Below are positions 27,028 to 38,289 of a stretch of DNA of 64,000 nucleotides, in pieces (position 1 is the stretch's first letter; every line of letters starts with the position of its first letter). The notes beneath the pieces were generated by a model. That model was given only the letters and a program-made list of their open reading frames with translations, searched no databases and had not been told where the DNA came from. This DNA is from a virus (taxonomy: Duplodnaviria; Caudoviricetes). The stretch spans positions 1-64,000 of the IMG/VR virus record IMGVR_UViG_2636415473_000002, one strand, 5' to 3'. The position numbers and the translations under genes were made by a program.

Positions 27028-30000
27028 ATGGCTGGAGAAGTTGGTTCCTTAAGGGTCACCTTGGGACTAGATTCAATTGATTTTACAAGAGGCATGCAGG
27101 AAATAAACCGAAAGTTGACGGCTTTAAATAGTGAATTTAAGACCACCACTGCTGGAGCAGGCCGTTTTGATAATTCATTGGACACATTGAGACAGCGATC
27201 TACTATTTTAACAAGTACTCTCCAAACACACCGTGCGAAAGTGAACGAACTGAACAACCAGTACCAGGAAAGCGTAAGAGTTAACGGGGCGGCAGCAGCA
27301 TCCACGGAAAAACTATTGATTCAATACAATAATGCTGTTTCTGCTATGCGAAGAACAGAAAACCAATTGCAACAGACAAACCGTAAAATTCAGGAGCAGT
27401 CTAATGGATTCCAACAGTTAAGTACCCAAATTAATCAAAGTGTGGACAGAATCACTCAACAAATGAGAGTGTTGGATTCTTCTTTTGATGCTGCTACAGC
27501 AGGTATTCGTGACTTTGGTAATTCAACTCAACAATTGCAACAACGATCTGACCATTTAACTAGTTCTCTCCGTCTTCAACAACAGCGTGTGGAAGAACTC
27601 AATCGCCTTCATCGTGAAGCTGTTCGTGAAATGGGTGCAAATGCCAGGGAAACCCAAGAGCTAGAGATTAGACTAAATAGAGCTACTCAGGCAATGAGGG
27701 AAACAGAAGCGCAGTTAAGGCGTACAAATGCACAAATCGATAATCAATCTAGTACGTGGAACAGATTGAATTCTCGTCTTAGTAGTGTTGGAGAACAGAT
27801 GCAGCATATCGGTGGACGGATGCAAGGTCTTGGTTCTGAGATCGCTCAAAGCTTCGGTGTGGCATTTTTAGCAGTGGGAGGCGCTTTGGGACTTACTGCT
27901 AAGAAAGCTATGGATTTTGAATCACAAATGTCATCCGTTAAGTCTGTAATGGCTCCTGATGAGATAAATGAATTTGGGGATAGTCTTGAGAAATTGGCTT
28001 TACAAATGGGAGCTGAAACAAAGTATTCTGCATTGGAAGCAGCGCAAGGCATTGAGGAACTTATTAAAGCCGGTTTATCACCTGCACAAGTAGCGTCAGG
28101 TGGGCTTGAAGGAGCTTTGGCCCTTGCAACAGCTGGAGAGTTAGAACTAGCTGATGCTGCCGAGATTGCTTCCACAGCTTTGAATGCATTTAAAGATGAT
28201 AATCTGTCAGTTATGCGTGCTGCAGACTTATTAGCAGGTGCAGCCAACGCATCTGCCACTTCTGTTTCTGAAATGAAATTTGGATTATCAATGGTTTCGG
28301 CTGTCGCTTCCGGTGTTGGTCTAACGTTTGAAGACACGGCAGGAGCCTTAGCAACATTTGCTCAAAATGGACTTAAAGGCAGTGATGCCGGTACGTCATT
28401 AAAAACCATGCTATTAAATTTATCACCATCAACTAAAGAAGCAACGGCTCAGATGAGTTCACTTGGTCTTCTTACCAAAAAAGGAACAAGTGCTTTTTAC
28501 GATGCAAATGGATCAATTAAATCAATGTCAGAAATTGCAGAGTTGCTTAAAACAAAACTAGCTAAATTAACTGATGAGCAGAGACAAATGGCATTAAAAA
28601 CTATGTTTGGTACCGATGCGATTCGTGCTGCTAACATCCTGTATAAAGAAGGCGCAGATGGCATTACTCACATGGTAGAGGCAATGAATAAGATTAAATC
28701 TGCTGATGTAGCTGCTCAAAAATTGGATAACGTAAAAGGTCGTATCTTGCTTTTAAAGGGAACTCTTGAAACTGCTGCAATTGCAATAGGGAACTCATTA
28801 TTACCAGCTATTGATAAAGTTGTTGCAGTCGTTCAAAAGGCTGTTGATGCTTTTAATAATTTATCACCTAGGATGCAAAGTTTTATAACAATTGGTGCAG
28901 TAGTTTCAGCGGCTTTTTTGGGAATTGTCACTGCACTAGGTGCATTTATTATGATAATAGGTGGAGCTATCTCAGGGGTAGGGGCTCTTATTTCAGTGTT
29001 TAGCGCTGTAGCGGGATCAATCGCAAGTGCTGGCGGAGCAATGGCTTTATTGACAGGACCAATTGGCGTGACGATAGCATCTATCGCTGGTATTGGAATC
29101 GCTGCAACGAACTTATATAACACTTTTAAAGGGAAAGCTATACCAGAAATCGAACGTTTTGGTGATAAAGTCTCAGAAAGCACAAAGAAGGCTTTAGACG
29201 GATTTTTCGAACTCTCAGATGAAGCTTCACTAAAAGTAAAAGAACTTTCAATTACACAAAAACAAGTAACAGCAGAAACAAAAGATGCGCTAGTCAGCAC
29301 TTATGGACAAATGAGTGAACAAATTCTTTCTAAAATGAGTGAACAGCACGCAAAGCAGATCGAAGCAACAAAGTCTCACTTCTTGCGTTCTTCTGTTTTA
29401 ACTAATGCAGAAGAAGATAAAATTCTCGGGAAAATGGAGGAAAGAAATAAATCCGAGGTTGAACTTCAGCAGAATTTCAGAAACAAAATTAATGAAATTG
29501 TCGGAAATGCTTATGCCGAAAATCGAGCACTTACCGAGAGAGAACAACATATTCTTGATACGATTCGCGAACAAATGAACGAAAAGGCTGTGAAATCTCT
29601 CTCTCAAAATGAAATTGAATCCAAGGTTATTCTTGAGAGGATGAAACAGACAGCGAGTAATTTATCAGCACAACAAGCGGCTGAGGTTGTCAAAAATTCT
29701 ATTAAGCAAAGAACTGAAGCAGTGAATGAAGCTGATAAACAACTTGAGGAAACTATTGCTTCGATTATTCGAATGAGAGATGAATCAGGGGACATTTCAG
29801 CCGAACAGGCCGACAGAATGATTAGTGAAGCTCAAAAAGCTCACGACATGTCTGTTAAATACGCTGAGGATATGCATAGTAAAGTTGTAGAAGAAGCAAA
29901 ATCACAAGCGAAAGAACATGTGGATCAAATTAATTGGACAACAGGAGAGGTACTATCTAAATGGGAAGTCATGGTTTCTTCACTTTCCGGCGTGTGGGGA

Positions 30001-32442
30001 AGTTTAAGGGATCAAATGAGCAGTGCCTTTTCTGGCATTAAAGATATAGCCATTCAAATTTTTTCCGCGGTTGCTTCATTTTTAGGAGAAAAGTTTTCAG
30101 AAATTAAGAAATTCTGGGACGAAAATGGAACGCAGATTTTAGAAGCTATTAGTAATGTATTTAAAGGGATAATGGCTGTTATTGAATTCGTCATGCCTGC
30201 TGTCCTTTTTATTATCCAAATGGTATGGACAGCGATTAAACAGGTGATAGACGGAGCCTTAAATGTCATTATGGGATTAATTAAAGTGTTTTCAGGACTG
30301 TTCACTGGGGACTTCGGCAAAATGTGGGAAGGTATCAAGCAAATATTCATGGGAGCAATTGACGTTATTATCGGTTGGATGACGTTAACTTTTGTAGGTG
30401 GATTGCGAACGCTTCTTACTAATCTTGCGAAGTTAGGTGTAAACCTCGTTAAAGGTCTTGCTGATGGCATTGTAGGATTGTTTAAGAGTTTCACTACTAC
30501 TGGTTCAAATCTTGCAAAGGGCATGGTAGACGGTGTTTTAGGTTTCTTCCGAAACTTATATAGCCAAGCTACAAACATATTCGGCACACTTCGAACTTTC
30601 GGTGCATCGATTTGGAATTCCATCTCCCAAACTATTTTGGGTATTGCTCGAAATATCTGGAATGGAGTAGTTACAAACTTTACTAATATGGTTACTGGTA
30701 TTCGTAATATCTTTAGCACTGTCCGAACAACAATCGAATCCATTTGGAACGGGGTCATGTCCTTTTTTAGAGGAATTAACCTTACACAGATCGGAAAAGA
30801 CATCATAAAAGGTCTGATTAATGGTATTGGATCAATGGCTTCTGCAGTTTGGGAAAAAACAAAAGAAATAGCCAATGGAATAATTAGCAGTATGAAAAAA
30901 GCATTAGATATTCATTCACCTTCTAAAGAAACTGAAAAAATAGGTAAAGAAACTGGCGCTGGTGTAGTTGTAGGTCTGAGCAAGCAAGAAAAAGCAGTGG
31001 CAGCCGCAGCTAAGAAAGTTGCCCAAGCTGCAGCTAAAAACTTCAAAGAAGCTTTTGATGCTGCTAATTACAAGTTTAAAATGGGTGAAGTTGATGCATC
31101 TGCCCACATTAAATCACTTGAAAAAGTGCGTGACAACTATGCCAAAACACCTGAGCAAATCAGGAAAGTTAATTTAGCCATACTTGATATTGAGAAGAAG
31201 CATGCAAAAGATATTGAAAAACTGGATAAGCAAAATTACGATACATCAAAGAAATATATTGAGAAAAAGAAACGAGATAATGAAATATCTCTTTCTCAAG
31301 AATTAGCGATGTGGGAACGAGTCCAAAACAGATATAAGACTGGATCGAAGGAACGTGAAGAAGCTGAACAAAATGTTTACCGTGTGAAAAAGGAAATTCA
31401 TGATAAACTCAATTCCCTGAATGACGAATACGTTGCAAAGATGCAAGATGTGAATCAAAAACTGATTGACGGTGAAAAAGCACTTAATGCCGAATATCAA
31501 AAAACAGTCGATGATAGAGCTAAGTCGCTATATTCTTTTGCAGGGATATTTGATGAAATTACACAGAAATCAGATGTATCCGGACAGCAACTAATGCAGA
31601 ATCTACAGGATCAGGTAGCGACTTTTGCAGAATGGTCGGCAAATATTAAAAGGCTTGCTGGTAGGGGTGTCAGTGAAGATCTTCTTTCTGAATTGCGGGA
31701 TATGGGGCCAAGAGCTGCTGCTGAAATTGCGGCACTTAACAGTTTAACTGATGAACAGTTGGCTGAATACGCAGGTCTGTGGGGAACAAAAAACAGCCTG
31801 GCTCGTAAACAAGCAACAGCTGAGCTAGAAGGAATGAAAGAAGATACGGCTAAAAAAATAGCTGAGCTTCATAGCAACTCTGAAAAGCAGTTAGAGGAAC
31901 TTCGACTTGAATGGGAAAATAAAATCAAGCAGATTCGAACCGGTACAACAGGTGAGTTTAATGCCATGAAATCAAGCCTTAATAATATTGGAAGAGACTC
32001 TATTACAGGCATGATTAAAGGGCTTGAATCGATGGAAGGTGCTCTGATGGCTAAAGCGAGAGCAATTGCCAATGCCGTAGCAGAAACGATAAGAGGCGCC
32101 CTGGATATCCATTCTCCATCTCGTGTCATGATGGAAATTGGAACATTTGTCGGTGAAGGTTTAATTGATGGTATGCAAAAAATGTTTGAACCTATTACGA
32201 ACACAGCATCAATGATGGCTAAGGCAGCAACCCCTAATATTCCTGACACATTCACAGGTAGAAAAGTTAGTTCATTTATCAGTCCTTTTATCCAAAATAA
32301 TTCAAAAGCAAGTCCTACCAATAATGTCCCTAATAACTATGATTATTCGAGAACTATGCATAATACCATTCAGATTACTACCAATGCTGATTCAACCAAA
32401 AGCACAGAAAGAATGTTGAGAAGATTAGCTTTTGAATTCTAA
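27028..32442 (+). CDS. Tape measure protein (TP901-type core)
   Basis: 1804 aa; helical; GLKGSDAGTSLK; W/F repeats; two LDIHSPS motifs. Confidence 0.95.
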   Translation: MAGEVGSLRVTLGLDSIDFTRGMQEINRKLTALNSEFKTTTAGAGRFDNSLDTLRQRSTILTSTLQTHRAKVNELNNQYQESVRVNGAAAASTEKLLIQYNNAVSAMRRTENQLQQTNRKIQEQSNGFQQLSTQINQSVDRITQQMRVLDSSFDAATAGIRDFGNSTQQLQQRSDHLTSSLRLQQQRVEELNRLHREAVREMGANARETQELEIRLNRATQAMRETEAQLRRTNAQIDNQSSTWNRLNSRLSSVGEQMQHIGGRMQGLGSEIAQSFGVAFLAVGGALGLTAKKAMDFESQMSSVKSVMAPDEINEFGDSLEKLALQMGAETKYSALEAAQGIEELIKAGLSPAQVASGGLEGALALATAGELELADAAEIASTALNAFKDDNLSVMRAADLLAGAANASATSVSEMKFGLSMVSAVASGVGLTFEDTAGALATFAQNGLKGSDAGTSLKTMLLNLSPSTKEATAQMSSLGLLTKKGTSAFYDANGSIKSMSEIAELLKTKLAKLTDEQRQMALKTMFGTDAIRAANILYKEGADGITHMVEAMNKIKSADVAAQKLDNVKGRILLLKGTLETAAIAIGNSLLPAIDKVVAVVQKAVDAFNNLSPRMQSFITIGAVVSAAFLGIVTALGAFIMIIGGAISGVGALISVFSAVAGSIASAGGAMALLTGPIGVTIASIAGIGIAATNLYNTFKGKAIPEIERFGDKVSESTKKALDGFFELSDEASLKVKELSITQKQVTAETKDALVSTYGQMSEQILSKMSEQHAKQIEATKSHFLRSSVLTNAEEDKILGKMEERNKSEVELQQNFRNKINEIVGNAYAENRALTEREQHILDTIREQMNEKAVKSLSQNEIESKVILERMKQTASNLSAQQAAEVVKNSIKQRTEAVNEADKQLEETIASIIRMRDESGDISAEQADRMISEAQKAHDMSVKYAEDMHSKVVEEAKSQAKEHVDQINWTTGEVLSKWEVMVSSLSGVWGSLRDQMSSAFSGIKDIAIQIFSAVASFLGEKFSEIKKFWDENGTQILEAISNVFKGIMAVIEFVMPAVLFIIQMVWTAIKQVIDGALNVIMGLIKVFSGLFTGDFGKMWEGIKQIFMGAIDVIIGWMTLTFVGGLRTLLTNLAKLGVNLVKGLADGIVGLFKSFTTTGSNLAKGMVDGVLGFFRNLYSQATNIFGTLRTFGASIWNSISQTILGIARNIWNGVVTNFTNMVTGIRNIFSTVRTTIESIWNGVMSFFRGINLTQIGKDIIKGLINGIGSMASAVWEKTKEIANGIISSMKKALDIHSPSKETEKIGKETGAGVVVGLSKQEKAVAAAAKKVAQAAAKNFKEAFDAANYKFKMGEVDASAHIKSLEKVRDNYAKTPEQIRKVNLAILDIEKKHAKDIEKLDKQNYDTSKKYIEKKKRDNEISLSQELAMWERVQNRYKTGSKEREEAEQNVYRVKKEIHDKLNSLNDEYVAKMQDVNQKLIDGEKALNAEYQKTVDDRAKSLYSFAGIFDEITQKSDVSGQQLMQNLQDQVATFAEWSANIKRLAGRGVSEDLLSELRDMGPRAAAEIAALNSLTDEQLAEYAGLWGTKNSLARKQATAELEGMKEDTAKKIAELHSNSEKQLEELRLEWENKIKQIRTGTTGEFNAMKSSLNNIGRDSITGMIKGLESMEGALMAKARAIANAVAETIRGALDIHSPSRVMMEIGTFVGEGLIDGMQKMFEPITNTASMMAKAATPNIPDTFTGRKVSSFISPFIQNNSKASPTNNVPNNYDYSRTMHNTIQITTNADSTKSTERMLRRLAFEF

Positions 32443-32457
32443 ACGGAGTGTGATCGG

Positions 32458-33348
32458 ATGTTAATCAAGAATATGACTATCACAAACAATCGTGGCGATT
32501 CGATTACATTCGGTCGCCATTTTCGTTTGATTGAAGATTTTGCTTTAAGTGGGCTAAGTGCTTCCGTGAACTATTCAGAAAGTACAACAGATGGCTCTAA
32601 CTATCAAAATACAATGTTGGATAATCGAGACTTTGATATCCCTTTTTATATCCATAATGCTATTTCTGATTCATGGTGGATTGAAGAGAAAAGGAACTAT
32701 GCATTCAAAGTATTCAATCCGAAGACCAATCCTTTTCGAATTGATATTACAACAAAGTCTGGTGAGGAATACTACATTAATGCCAATTTAGAGGGAGCCC
32801 CTTCTTTCCCGGTAGGTTTTGAAAACCAAAATAAAGTTTGGCAGAAAGGGTTCCTCCAATTCAGTGCTAATGATCCGTACTTTTATCAAAAGGAAGCTGT
32901 TGGTGTGGATATAGCTTTATGGGTTGGCGCTTTTGAATTCCCTCTTGAAATACCAGAAGATACTGGAATTGAAATGGGCTACCGTTCACAGTCCCTTATT
33001 GTCAATGTGAAGAACGAAGGACAAGAAAGCACAGGGATGATCATTCGATTTAAGGCACTAGGTACACTTAAAAATCCTTCTTTGGTCAATGTGAATACCT
33101 ATGAACTACTTAAACTTAATACCACAATGATAGCTGGGGATATTATAGAAATTTCGACTTTTAAACGTAAGAAAAAATTGACTCTTACACGGAATGGAGT
33201 CACATCCAATATTTTTAATCAACTAGACTTAGCAAGCACATTTTTGCAGCTTGAAATTGGTGATAACTTATTTCGATATAACGCAGACGAGGGATTAGAT
33301 AACTTGGAAGTATCTATGAATTTCACACCGCGATTATTGGGGGTGTAA
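32458..33348 (+). CDS. Distal tail protein (Dit)
   Basis: Directly after TMP; DPYF, FLQLEIGDN. Confidence 0.8.
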   Translation: MLIKNMTITNNRGDSITFGRHFRLIEDFALSGLSASVNYSESTTDGSNYQNTMLDNRDFDIPFYIHNAISDSWWIEEKRNYAFKVFNPKTNPFRIDITTKSGEEYYINANLEGAPSFPVGFENQNKVWQKGFLQFSANDPYFYQKEAVGVDIALWVGAFEFPLEIPEDTGIEMGYRSQSLIVNVKNEGQESTGMIIRFKALGTLKNPSLVNVNTYELLKLNTTMIAGDIIEISTFKRKKKLTLTRNGVTSNIFNQLDLASTFLQLEIGDNLFRYNADEGLDNLEVSMNFTPRLLGV

Positions 33349-34463
33349 TGGTGGAGTTTTATGTGTTTGACATAAATTTTAACCGTTTAGGAATCATCGA
33401 TGGTTTTATTGCGACTGATCTCACCCTTAATTATGATACACTGAGTGACTGTCGCCTCACTGTGGATGGAACCAAAGATTATGCAGACCTCTTGCAAATA
33501 GACCACATTATTACAAAAACAGCCGATATCACAAGGGGTTACATCATAAAGACCAGGGAGTATCTAGATGAGGCATCCACAGAATTAAAAATCATCGCAT
33601 ATTCGATGAATCTCATCCTAAATGATCGTCTAGTACTAGGGCAACAGGAGTTTACAGGAACTATTGAAAACGTGATGAAGTCTTTTGTCCAGGTGAATGC
33701 CGTAAGTCCAACAAATCCAAATAGGATGATTCCTAATCTTGTTATTGCTTCAAACAGAGGGATTCCTATTGAAACCACAGAGGGAGCAGTCAATGTCCCA
33801 TTAGATGAATACCTGTATGAATTATGCAAAAAACATGATGTGTCATTTGATATCTTCCTTGATCATGAGAATAAGAAATTCGTATTTGATGTATGGCAAG
33901 GTGTAGATAGAAGTACAGTCCAATCTAATCATGCTCATGTTACTTTTGCTAAAGAATTTGATAACGTTTTGAAGCAGCACTATACGGAAAGCAATAAAGA
34001 CCATAGAACAACAGCCATCGTGCTAGGTGAAACTGTGGAAGGGAAGCCACAATCCATCATCACTGTGAATGATGATCAATCAGGATTTAACAGAAAAGAA
34101 ATGGTAGTTGAAGCTACTGATATTAGGAAATCCTATACGGATGATAAAAACAACCAAATAAATCTTACAGAGGCTGAATATCAATCACTACTTACAGAGA
34201 AGGGCAAAAATACATTATCTGAGCATCAAGGGATAAAGACCTTTGAAAGTGACGTAGACCCACAAGGGAATTATATATACGGATTGGATTATTCGATGGG
34301 GGATAAGGTTAGTACACGTAATGATGATTTAGGGATTATTCTTCACACTAGGATTATGTCGGTTATAGAAAAGGAAAACAAGCAAGGGGAAACCATTCAA
34401 TTGAACTTTGGTTCGAATATTCCTAGCTTCATAGAAAAAGTAAAAAGGGCGGTGAAAAAATGA
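33348..34463 (+). CDS. Tail hub/Tal-like protein (ReqiPepy6 Gp37-like)
   Basis: GFNRKEMVVEA.D, YGLDYSMGDKV; position. Confidence 0.75.
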   Translation: MVEFYVFDINFNRLGIIDGFIATDLTLNYDTLSDCRLTVDGTKDYADLLQIDHIITKTADITRGYIIKTREYLDEASTELKIIAYSMNLILNDRLVLGQQEFTGTIENVMKSFVQVNAVSPTNPNRMIPNLVIASNRGIPIETTEGAVNVPLDEYLYELCKKHDVSFDIFLDHENKKFVFDVWQGVDRSTVQSNHAHVTFAKEFDNVLKQHYTESNKDHRTTAIVLGETVEGKPQSIITVNDDQSGFNRKEMVVEATDIRKSYTDDKNNQINLTEAEYQSLLTEKGKNTLSEHQGIKTFESDVDPQGNYIYGLDYSMGDKVSTRNDDLGIILHTRIMSVIEKENKQGETIQLNFGSNIPSFIEKVKRAVKK

Positions 34464-35368
34464 CCATCAAAAGTGGGATTTTCAACAGCGTGAATGGAGA
34501 TCGAAAATATAAAGCAGATGATTTTGCCTCTTATTTCGCTACCTTTATATCAAATGGTGTTTTCCCAAATCCCTCTACAGGATTTCAAGTTGTAACAAAT
34601 GGGGATATGACTGTATCTTTAAAAGCCGGAAAAGCATGGATAAAGGGTTACTATATTACAAATGATGCTGATTTTACATTAACCATTGGTGTTGCTGATG
34701 GTGTTCTAAATCGAATTGACAGGATCGTACTTCGTTTAGATTATTTAAACAGAATGATTACCCCCCTCGTAAAAAAGGGATCATTTGCGTCAAGTCCTGT
34801 GGCACCACAATTACAACGGGATGCAGATGCCTATGAATTAGCATTGGCTGATATTTATATTAGCAAAGGATCTATATCGATTCTCCAAGCAAATATTACT
34901 GATTTACGTCTTAATAAAGATTTATGTGGAATGGTTCACAGTACCGTAGATCAAGTGGATACCACTACAATTTTTAATCAGTATCAATCCTGGTTCAACA
35001 ATATGAAAACCGGAAAAGAAGCAGATTTTGACCAATGGTTCCAAAGTATTCGTGACATACTAGACACAAACGCCGCGGGTAATTTGCAGAATCAAATTGA
35101 TGATTTGGCTCAGACAGACACTGAGATGAGAGAATATTCAATGTATAAATCTGGGAAAGATCCTGATGGGATATTTACAACAGTAGAATTAAAAAGAGCA
35201 AATGGCACTCTTTATCTAAAAAGTGTTCTTAGTAGTGGGATAGCGCCGTTGTATACGACAAGAACAGCAACATGGTATGAAAATGATGGTACTACTATCT
35301 ATAGACAAAAGGTTTATAGTAGAACTTATGATGGTTCTGGTACGTTAGTAAGTGAGGTGCTTGTTTAA
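34460..35368 (+). CDS. Baseplate/minor tail structural protein
   Basis: FNSVNGDRKY, RIDRIVLRLD, ITDLRLN..LCG. Confidence 0.75.
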   Translation: MTIKSGIFNSVNGDRKYKADDFASYFATFISNGVFPNPSTGFQVVTNGDMTVSLKAGKAWIKGYYITNDADFTLTIGVADGVLNRIDRIVLRLDYLNRMITPLVKKGSFASSPVAPQLQRDADAYELALADIYISKGSISILQANITDLRLNKDLCGMVHSTVDQVDTTTIFNQYQSWFNNMKTGKEADFDQWFQSIRDILDTNAAGNLQNQIDDLAQTDTEMREYSMYKSGKDPDGIFTTVELKRANGTLYLKSVLSSGIAPLYTTRTATWYENDGTTIYRQKVYSRTYDGSGTLVSEVLV

Positions 35369-36654
35369 TGGACATTGAATTATTGCATGGTTTTGGTGGC
35401 GGTGGAGGTCTGGAAATCAATGGAGTTGGTGAAGCGTATGGAACATATATAGAAGCGCTGAATAGAGGAGACCTCGTAACTACACGTAGGTATTTCGGTT
35501 TTGATACACCAGTGAAAATGACGGATTTAACACTCCCTGTGAACTCAGGAAGCTCTAGGGGCGCATCGTTCAGTCCAGATGACAACTACCTTGCTGTGGG
35601 TATCAACGTTGCTCCATATTTGAAACTATTTAAAAAAAGTGGCGATTCTTACATTCCGTTACCAGACCCAAGCGTGGCACCAACAACATCTGTGCATAAT
35701 CCTGAATTTAGTCCAGATGGTCAACTTTTAGCAGTTCCACAACCTGGTGATGGATACATCCCAATAGTTTATCAAAGAGTCGGTGACGTATTTATTAAGT
35801 TAGACACAGCTGCCTTCAATTCGATAAGTTATTATATTAGATTCGCTTCATGGAGTCCGGATGGTGTTTATTTATGTTTCAACACAAGTGCCTATCAAGG
35901 TAGTGGGGTACACATGTTTAAGAGAAATAAGGCTGATAACACTTTTGTAAAATTAGCAAATCTCCCCACTCTACCAACGTCACAGTATATCTATAATCAC
36001 ACATGGTCGCCAGATGGGGAACATTTTGTTATAGGACATCAAAACTCTCCAAACTTAACAATCTATAAAAACAATAGAGATGATACGTTTACTAAGCTAG
36101 CCAATTTACCCACACTACCGGGTAGTTCGGTATATGACGCTTCATATAGTAATGACGGAACTTATTTAGTAGTCGCTCATGGTGCAACTGGTAGTGTGTC
36201 TAACAGAGTATACAAAAGAAGTGGTGACTCATACACTTATTTGGGAATTCTACCATTATCCCCAACTGGTTCTTCCGTCGGCGTGGATTTCAGTTCTGAC
36301 GATGTATATTTAGGGTTGTCTAGTACGCAATCGCCTTATATTCGGCTATACAAGAGAGATGGTGATAATTTTACAAAATTAGCCACCCCTACGGATATAC
36401 CAACAGGAGCGCCAATATCGGACGGTGGTGGTTTGAGATTTGCTAACTTGAATCCATATATAGCGGTGCCTCATACCGCAGCGCCATTCGTCACAATGTA
36501 TAAAGCTGATATTTTAGGTGATTTTATACACAAATACAGAAGTATTTCTGAGTTATATTATCCCAATTATATAAATTTTGGTGTAGCACTAGTAACTGAC
36601 ATTGCAAATGCAGCTAATAAGAAAATAAAAACATTACCATTTAAATTAATATAG
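35368..36654 (+). CDS. WD40-like beta-propeller protein, candidate receptor-binding protein
   Basis: About seven ~46-aa repeats, (F/W)SPDG.YL...YKR.GD.F.KL. Confidence 0.7.
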   Translation: MDIELLHGFGGGGGLEINGVGEAYGTYIEALNRGDLVTTRRYFGFDTPVKMTDLTLPVNSGSSRGASFSPDDNYLAVGINVAPYLKLFKKSGDSYIPLPDPSVAPTTSVHNPEFSPDGQLLAVPQPGDGYIPIVYQRVGDVFIKLDTAAFNSISYYIRFASWSPDGVYLCFNTSAYQGSGVHMFKRNKADNTFVKLANLPTLPTSQYIYNHTWSPDGEHFVIGHQNSPNLTIYKNNRDDTFTKLANLPTLPGSSVYDASYSNDGTYLVVAHGATGSVSNRVYKRSGDSYTYLGILPLSPTGSSVGVDFSSDDVYLGLSSTQSPYIRLYKRDGDNFTKLATPTDIPTGAPISDGGGLRFANLNPYIAVPHTAAPFVTMYKADILGDFIHKYRSISELYYPNYINFGVALVTDIANAANKKIKTLPFKLI

Positions 36655-36670
36655 CGAGGGGCAATCAAAT

Positions 36671-36994
36671 GTGAAGTATTATCTACAAGTACAACCTGAT
36701 GGGAGAATAACTGATGCTATCACATATCCTTTTGGTAATTATATAGAATATGAGGCAGAATCATTACCGATGGAAGTGATTGGTGGATGGTTTAAATTAG
36801 AAAATGATGTGATTGTTGAATACCCAGAATTAAAACCAGTAACCAAAGATGAAGAAATTGAACAGTTACAGCAAGACCTAGGGATGATCCTTTTAGAAAG
36901 TGCTAATGATAAAGCTCGGATTGTAGAGTTGGAAATTAATCAAGGTGAAATGTTAATGGAAATTGCGACGCTAAAAATGGGAGGTAATCTATAA
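36671..36994 (+). CDS. Tail-fibre chaperone-like protein
   Basis: Position before xkdX-like gene; C-terminal coiled coil. Confidence 0.6.
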   Translation: MKYYLQVQPDGRITDAITYPFGNYIEYEAESLPMEVIGGWFKLENDVIVEYPELKPVTKDEEIEQLQQDLGMILLESANDKARIVELEINQGEMLMEIATLKMGGNL

Positions 36995-37134
36995 TGTGGT
37001 TTACTACAATTAAAAGGTACTATGATACAAAACATCCATCTTACGATAACGAGAATTTGAAGGTTTTCGTAAAGGCAAACATGATTACAAAAGAACAATA
37101 TACGGAAATTACTGACCAAGCGTACATTGAGTAG
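36994..37134 (+). CDS. XkdX-family protein (46 aa), absent from the ORF track
   Basis: IKRYYD...FVKANMITKEQYTEIT; GGAGG RBS. Confidence 0.8.
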   Translation: MWFTTIKRYYDTKHPSYDNENLKVFVKANMITKEQYTEITDQAYIE

Positions 37135-37175
37135 GCTTTTTTTATTTTTAAATGAGGGGATAAACCCCTCTTTCT

Positions 37176-37496
37176 TTATCTTTTGACAACTTGAAAATAG
37201 CATTCTTGTGGATCAATTTCTCTGTCGCCAGTGTAACATATGCTTTTGAATATAGAGTTGGGTTTATAATTCAGATTTTTTATTAAGTAATTACAACCAG
37301 ATAACCTAGCTTCAAGCAATCCCCAATGAACATTGGTAGGAATCGGTTCAAGTGCAAACTCATTAATTTGGATTGAATAACCTTGTCTATCTCTACCTGA
37401 AGTTGTTATGGGGTTCTTATTCGCTAGGTCAATTTGTTCAGACGGTATGTGTTTTTCATCAATTTCACTAATTGTATAGGTATTTTTATCAAACAT
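37176..37496 (-). CDS. Hypothetical moron protein
   Basis: AAGGAGG RBS; TATAAT upstream; opposite strand to the late operon. Confidence 0.7.
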   Translation of the reverse strand: MFDKNTYTISEIDEKHIPSEQIDLANKNPITTSGRDRQGYSIQINEFALEPIPTNVHWGLLEARLSGCNYLIKNLNYKPNSIFKSICYTGDREIDPQECYFQVVKR

Positions 37497-37697
37497 ACAA
37501 TTCTCCTCCTTGTCATTTGATACCTATTATATAGAAGTAAATGTGGTAAAATTAAAAGGTTTCATGAAAAGTTTAAAAATATTTAATACACAATCGGAAG
37601 ATTATACGCAATATTGAGCAATTGCATGTAAAGCATGCGCTGAGTAGGCTTTTCGTATCTCCTTTTTTTTGTTAATATTAACAAAAGGGGGATTAGA

Positions 37698-38186
37698 ATG
37701 CCGAAGCCATTAAGTAAGATGAGGATACCTGATCCATTTGTAATGAATGAAGATACAGTTAATATTTCAGTATGGGAATTCCTAAAACATAAAGAGTTTG
37801 ACAGTCCTAGCCCATTAAAAGGGAAGCAACGAGGTATTGATGTTCAAGGAGAAAAATTTGGTTGGGAAATTTATGTTGAATCCAAAGGTTCGCATGGAAA
37901 TGACCATGATGGTGATACGGTTTTTGGTCAGGGGCAAATTAAAGTTCATACCTATAATCAAATTGGGAAATTGATGGAATATAAAAGTAATAGTAGTGAA
38001 AAAAGTATGTATGTGATGGCTAATCCAGATATCCCTAGAATAAGAAAAAGGGTTCAAAAAGTAGCTAATTCACTAGATCTTTTAGGATTTATTAGGTTCT
38101 GGGTACAGGATGACAAATCAATAATTATAGAATTTCCTGAACACTTAGAAGATCGGTTGCGATGGTTAGGATTAATTGAACAGTAG
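37698..38186 (+). CDS. PD-(D/E)XK nuclease-fold protein
   Basis: E...GIDVQG...IYVESKG motif. Confidence 0.6.
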   Translation: MPKPLSKMRIPDPFVMNEDTVNISVWEFLKHKEFDSPSPLKGKQRGIDVQGEKFGWEIYVESKGSHGNDHDGDTVFGQGQIKVHTYNQIGKLMEYKSNSSEKSMYVMANPDIPRIRKRVQKVANSLDLLGFIRFWVQDDKSIIIEFPEHLEDRLRWLGLIEQ

Positions 38187-38289
38187 AAAGATAAAATGCA
38201 GCATCGATAACACCATTGAGGTGTATTTTTTTTATGTATTGATTCAAACTCCTAGGTTAAAAATTGTTATAGAAAAGGGGGACTGAAAA

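Noticed and set aside
27021-32321. Long minus-strand ORFs within the tape measure gene
   Set aside because: Antisense shadows of a long, codon-biased gene; no RBS or motifs.
35368-36654. Diversity-generating retroelement or invertible tail-fibre system
   Set aside because: No reverse transcriptase, no template/variable repeat pair, and no inverted fibre copies or invertase near the tail genes.
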